48,162 nt of DNA from an uncultured Nitrososphaerota archaeon (GTDB taxonomy: Archaea > Thermoproteota > Methanomethylicia > Methanomethylicales > Methanomethylicaceae), in contig CAYZHK010000003.1 of assembly GCA_964477685.1 (NCBI GenBank), positions 1-48,162 on the forward strand, read 5' to 3'. A model generated the notes under the pieces. The model worked only from the letters and a program-made list of their open reading frames with translations, was not told the origin of the DNA and searched no databases. Both the position numbers and the translations under genes were made by a program. This document shows positions 44,856 to 48,162 of the stretch, one piece after another (within the stretch, counting starts at the first letter, position 1; every line of letters starts with the position of its first letter).

Positions 44856-45926
44856 TCATGGACTTGGTACAATAAAATTGGGCACAGACATCTTCACAGT
44901 AGAGCCATTGACTACAGTACCGTTGAGCAGCTGGACCTGCATGTTCCAATATACATTGCCAGCTACGATGTTCTGCACAAGTGTCTGGGCTGTCGAATAC
45001 ACTGCCGGGTAGCGGGCCTGGAATACGGGGTTCCACAGGAAGTAGGTATCATTGTTCTTCATTGTTGCATAGTATACCCCGGAGGGGAAATTGCCACTCT
45101 GAGCGCCCTGGATCATTACCTTCAGCATGGGATAGTTGTTCCATACGACGCTGCCCACGCAAACGTTGGGGGCCTGGTCATTCTGGTTGACATAATTCCC
45201 GAAGGCCAAGGCCAACTGTTGGCCCTGCGGGCCGACGCAGGCCTCGAATGCGCCTTCGCGCTCGCTGTAGATGACATCGATGCCCGAGGCGATCATTGCC
45301 TGTGCCTGGCTCTTGACAGAGGCTGGGTCATACCAGCTGTTTATGTAGGCTACAGTGATGTTCACGTTGGGATTGACTGACCTAGCACCGGCTATAAAGC
45401 CGTTGATGAGGTCGGCCACATCCCCTGCAGACTCGAAGGCCGCCACGACGCCGAGTTTGCTGGTGTTGGAAATTGAGGCACCCACGAAGCCTGCAACATA
45501 GGCAGACTCCTGGAGATAGGAATCGAAGAGCAGCAGGTTGCTTGTGAAGTTGGTAGAAAGGCCGGAGCCCTCACCGAAGTAGACCTTGGGATATTGCTTC
45601 GAAAGCTGGTCCGTCGATTGCCAGAAGCCCCAGCTGTCTGGGATGATGAGGGTGTAGCCCAGGTTGATATAATTTAGGGTGACGCCTCCGACATCGGATG
45701 TGGCCACATTCTCAATATAGGTGAAGTTCGTCCCGAGCTCATTTTTAGCCTGCAGAAGCGCTTGGTACATGATGTTGTTCCAAGGTTCCTCAAGAGGTGT
45801 GGTAAATATGGCAGCTACTTTGAATTGTGATTGGCTTTGGCTATTCATATATAGGTAGGCACCATAGGCGCCTATCGCTACCACGGCGATGACGAATACT
45901 ACTAATGCCATTGAGGATGTTTTCAT
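44856..45926 (-). CDS. BMP-family ABC substrate-binding protein (purine/nucleoside type), membrane anchored
   Basis: N-terminal TM; EEPWN, E.AY.AG, INGF.AGA..VNP, SWYDP, G.DVIY, GSVVWN. Confidence 0.85.
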   Translation of the reverse strand: MKTSSMALVVFVIAVVAIGAYGAYLYMNSQSQSQFKVAAIFTTPLEEPWNNIMYQALLQAKNELGTNFTYIENVATSDVGGVTLNYINLGYTLIIPDSWGFWQSTDQLSKQYPKVYFGEGSGLSTNFTSNLLLFDSYLQESAYVAGFVGASISNTSKLGVVAAFESAGDVADLINGFIAGARSVNPNVNITVAYINSWYDPASVKSQAQAMIASGIDVIYSEREGAFEACVGPQGQQLALAFGNYVNQNDQAPNVCVGSVVWNNYPMLKVMIQGAQSGNFPSGVYYATMKNNDTYFLWNPVFQARYPAVYSTAQTLVQNIVAGNVYWNMQVQLLNGTVVNGSTVKMSVPNFIVPSP

Positions 45927-45998
45927 AATACCCCACAGTCAGAAGAGTGGGCGAATTGATTATTTAAAATTATGCATCAATGATCTGAAAAATTGCCA

Positions 45999-46775
45999 TC
46001 ACTGATGATAATAATCTGCCATTTTGAAAAAGGTTGCCGCATTTCTGGCAGTCATTTCTTTGACCAGCTCGATCTCAACGTGCTTCAACTCAGCGATTTT
46101 CCTAGCAGAATAGATCAGATTGGCTGGCTCATTCCTTTCACCCCTCACAGGAGAAAGAACTGGCGAGTCGGTCTCGAGCATCAGGTGCTCCAGAGGCAGT
46201 CGCCGGACCAGCTTCTGCTTCTGCTCTGAATAGATCACCGATGTGGGTATGGAGAAGTAGTAGCCATTTTTCACTGCGGCGAGGGCGTCTCCCACTTTTC
46301 CGTCGAAGGCATGCATGAGCACGGCCTCGGCCCCCTCCTCCCCGAGGACCTCCAGTGCCCTTCGCCCCGCGCTCCTCGAATGGATTACCAGAGGGAGCGC
46401 CAGAGACTTTGCGAGGCGTATACTTGACCTGAAAAGTGACTCCTGGATTGCCCGCTCGCCGTGGTCGGTCACGCGATAGTGATCCAGACCGACCTCACCG
46501 ATGGCCACGATGTCCGACCTCCTCGCCTTCACAATGTCCTGGAATGTTCGGTATTCCCCTTCGTCCAGAATGGAGGGGTCGAAGCCCACGGAAAGGGAGA
46601 TAAAGGCTGGGAATGAGCCTGAAAGCTCCAACGCCCTATTGATCTCAGAGGGGCGGGTTGTGGAGACCACAACCCTCTCCACGCCGCCCCTTTTGGCCCT
46701 CGCAACGACGCCTGCCATGTCGCTGAAGGATGGGTCGGTGAGATGGGCATGGACGTCAATCAACTGCGGCACCAT
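45999..46775 (-). CDS. tatD: TatD-family DNase
   Basis: IDVHAHL, IGEVGLD, IHSR, MHAF, LETDSP, RNEP. Confidence 0.92.
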   Translation of the reverse strand: MVPQLIDVHAHLTDPSFSDMAGVVARAKRGGVERVVVSTTRPSEINRALELSGSFPAFISLSVGFDPSILDEGEYRTFQDIVKARRSDIVAIGEVGLDHYRVTDHGERAIQESLFRSSIRLAKSLALPLVIHSRSAGRRALEVLGEEGAEAVLMHAFDGKVGDALAAVKNGYYFSIPTSVIYSEQKQKLVRRLPLEHLMLETDSPVLSPVRGERNEPANLIYSARKIAELKHVEIELVKEMTARNAATFFKMADYYHQ

Positions 46776-46867
46776 TCCCTCCCTTTACTCCCTCAATGAT
46801 AAGTACTTTACATCGCTAAAAGTTAATATATAAACCTGTTATATTCTATCATGGCAGGGTTTATACA

Positions 46868-47092
46868 GTGGAGAGAGAAGTTGACCTGACCGGCCTTTAC
46901 TGTCCGCTTCCAGTGATCAGGGCAAGGGAGGAGATCAATAGGATTGCTGTTGGCGATGTGCTCAGGATAGTGGCAGACGATCCCGCCGCCGAGGAGGACC
47001 TGAAAAGATGGGCCGTGAGGTCAGGACACGAGGTAGTTGGTGCCTCCAAAAGTGGAGAGGTAATTACAGTGATTGTAAGGAGGAAAAAATGA
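46868..47092 (+). CDS. tusA: TusA/SirA sulfur carrier
   Basis: VDLTGLYCPLPV, ADDP.A.ED...W. Confidence 0.9.
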   Translation: MEREVDLTGLYCPLPVIRAREEINRIAVGDVLRIVADDPAAEEDLKRWAVRSGHEVVGASKSGEVITVIVRRKK

Positions 47093-47469
47093 TGGCTGAA
47101 CAAGGCAAGAAGAAGAAAATACTATATGTCCAGACTTCGGGCGTGGATACGCCGGAGAGGCTCTATGCCCCTTTTATACTTGCCACCACCGCCAGGGCGA
47201 TGGACCTTGACGCTTCTATTTATTTCCTGATAAAGGGGGTGACGGTGGTGAAGAGGGGGGCGGCCGAAAAGATCAGGCTCGGAAACTTCCCCTCGGTTAG
47301 AGAAGTCATGGACCAGGCGCTCAAGGCGGGAGTGAGTCTCTATGCCTGCACGCAGAGCTGCGATCTGATAGGCATGTCCAAAGGGGACCTTGTGGAAGGT
47401 GTGAAGGTGGCAGGGGCAGCCACTGTGAATGATCTGGTATTAGAGGCGGATGGTGTATTGTATTTCTAG
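47089..47469 (+). CDS. DsrE/DsrF-like sulfur-relay protein
   Basis: ERLYAPF..A..A.AMD, YF...GV, YACTQSC, GAAT. Start placed at the ATG overlapping the tusA stop. Confidence 0.85.
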   Translation: MMAEQGKKKKILYVQTSGVDTPERLYAPFILATTARAMDLDASIYFLIKGVTVVKRGAAEKIRLGNFPSVREVMDQALKAGVSLYACTQSCDLIGMSKGDLVEGVKVAGAATVNDLVLEADGVLYF

Positions 47470-47479
47470 GTGAAATCCT

Positions 47480-48162
47480 ATGGCCAGTGAGATAGCCTAT
47501 CTTGATAATGCCTCGGCGGCGAGGATGGACCCGAGGGTCCTCGAGGCCATGCTACCCCATCTGGGTGGGCAGTATGGAAATCCAGCCTCCCAGCACTCGG
47601 TGGGTCAGGCGCAGAAGGCGGCCCTGGAGGGGGCCAGGGGCAAGGTTGCAGGCCTTATCAGGGCCGAGAGGGCGAGCGAAGTGGTCTTTACGTCAGGTGC
47701 CACCGAAAGCACCAACATGCTACTTATTGGAGCTGCCCTCAGAAACAGGGACAGGGGGGACAGAATCCTTGCCTCGAAGGTAGAGCACATATCCGTGCTC
47801 AACACCCTGAAGCACCTCTCCAAGCAGGGGTTCGAGGTGGTCTACATCCCTGTGGACGGCCATGGAATGGTCAATCTTGAGGCTCTCAAGGAATCCCTTA
47901 CGGACAGCACCATAGTGGTAACCGTAGGCTATGCCAACAACGAGGTGGGGACCATCCAGCCTATCAGGGAGATAGCGGAGATTGCCCATTCCAAGAAGGC
48001 CATCTTCCACACGGATGCCACGCCGGCGGCGGGCAAGATCCCCATCGATGTCAACAGGGATGGCATTGACCTCATGACCATATCCTCATGGGACATGTAT
48101 GGCCCCTTTGGCATCGGCGGTGCCTATGTCCGGAGGGGGACGAGGATGCAGCCCCTCATAAT
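47480..48162 (+). CDS. iscS: IscS/NifS-like cysteine desulfurase homologue, 3'-truncated by the window edge; PLP Lys replaced by Asp
   Basis: Hand translation (not in the ORF track): AYLDNAS, YGNPAS.H, FTSGATES.N, EH.SV, ANNEVGTIQP, FHTDA, ISSWDMYGPFGIG. Confidence 0.88.
   Translation, partial: MASEIAYLDNASAARMDPRVLEAMLPHLGGQYGNPASQHSVGQAQKAALEGARGKVAGLIRAERASEVVFTSGATESTNMLLIGAALRNRDRGDRILASKVEHISVLNTLKHLSKQGFEVVYIPVDGHGMVNLEALKESLTDSTIVVTVGYANNEVGTIQPIREIAEIAHSKKAIFHTDATPAAGKIPIDVNRDGIDLMTISSWDMYGPFGIGGAYVRRGTRMQPLI

Noticed and set aside
1-48162. Many long overlapping or antisense ORFs in the track (e.g. 8947-9828, 23846-24778, 27048-27893, 29156-30001, 38829-39764, 41274-42263)
   Set aside because: Shadow frames of well-supported genes in GC-rich DNA; no motifs or independent promoters.
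1-48162. tRNA, rRNA, CRISPR array, IS element, integrase or provirus
   Set aside because: No cloverleaf, regularly spaced repeats, transposase or integrase motifs, or terminal inverted repeats seen by eye in the intergenic regions.

Overview
This is ordinary chromosomal DNA from an anaerobic archaeon. It is gene-dense and moderately GC-rich, with TATA/BRE promoters, GGAGG/GGTGA ribosome-binding sites and oligo-T terminators. The gene content (group 4 hydrogenase with HdrB, corrinoid protein plus MtmB homologues, AOR, MoeA pair, Dpo4, mevalonate kinase) suggests a Thermoproteota lineage such as Methanomethylicia (Verstraetearchaeota); that assignment is inference. No tRNA, rRNA, CRISPR array or mobile element was seen. 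Main points: (1) a 10-gene minus-strand operon (405-8426) encodes a formate-hydrogenlyase-type (Hyc-like) membrane [NiFe]-hydrogenase that carries HdrB, an apparent cluster-less HdrC fragment, a 4x[4Fe-4S] ferredoxin and a ribbon-helix-helix regulator, with a palindromic operator upstream; (2) two convergent putative cobalamin-uptake genes share a near-identical 19-bp operator next to their TATA boxes; (3) a corrinoid protein and two tandem pyrrolysine-free MtmB paralogues sit divergently from a 7-PAS/GAF histidine kinase; (4) a tusA-dsrE-iscS operon has Asp in place of the IscS PLP-binding Lys; (5) a ModE-like box lies upstream of the AOR operon; (6) a 50-aa gene is missing from the ORF track. 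All family calls come from motif recognition by eye; no database search was run.
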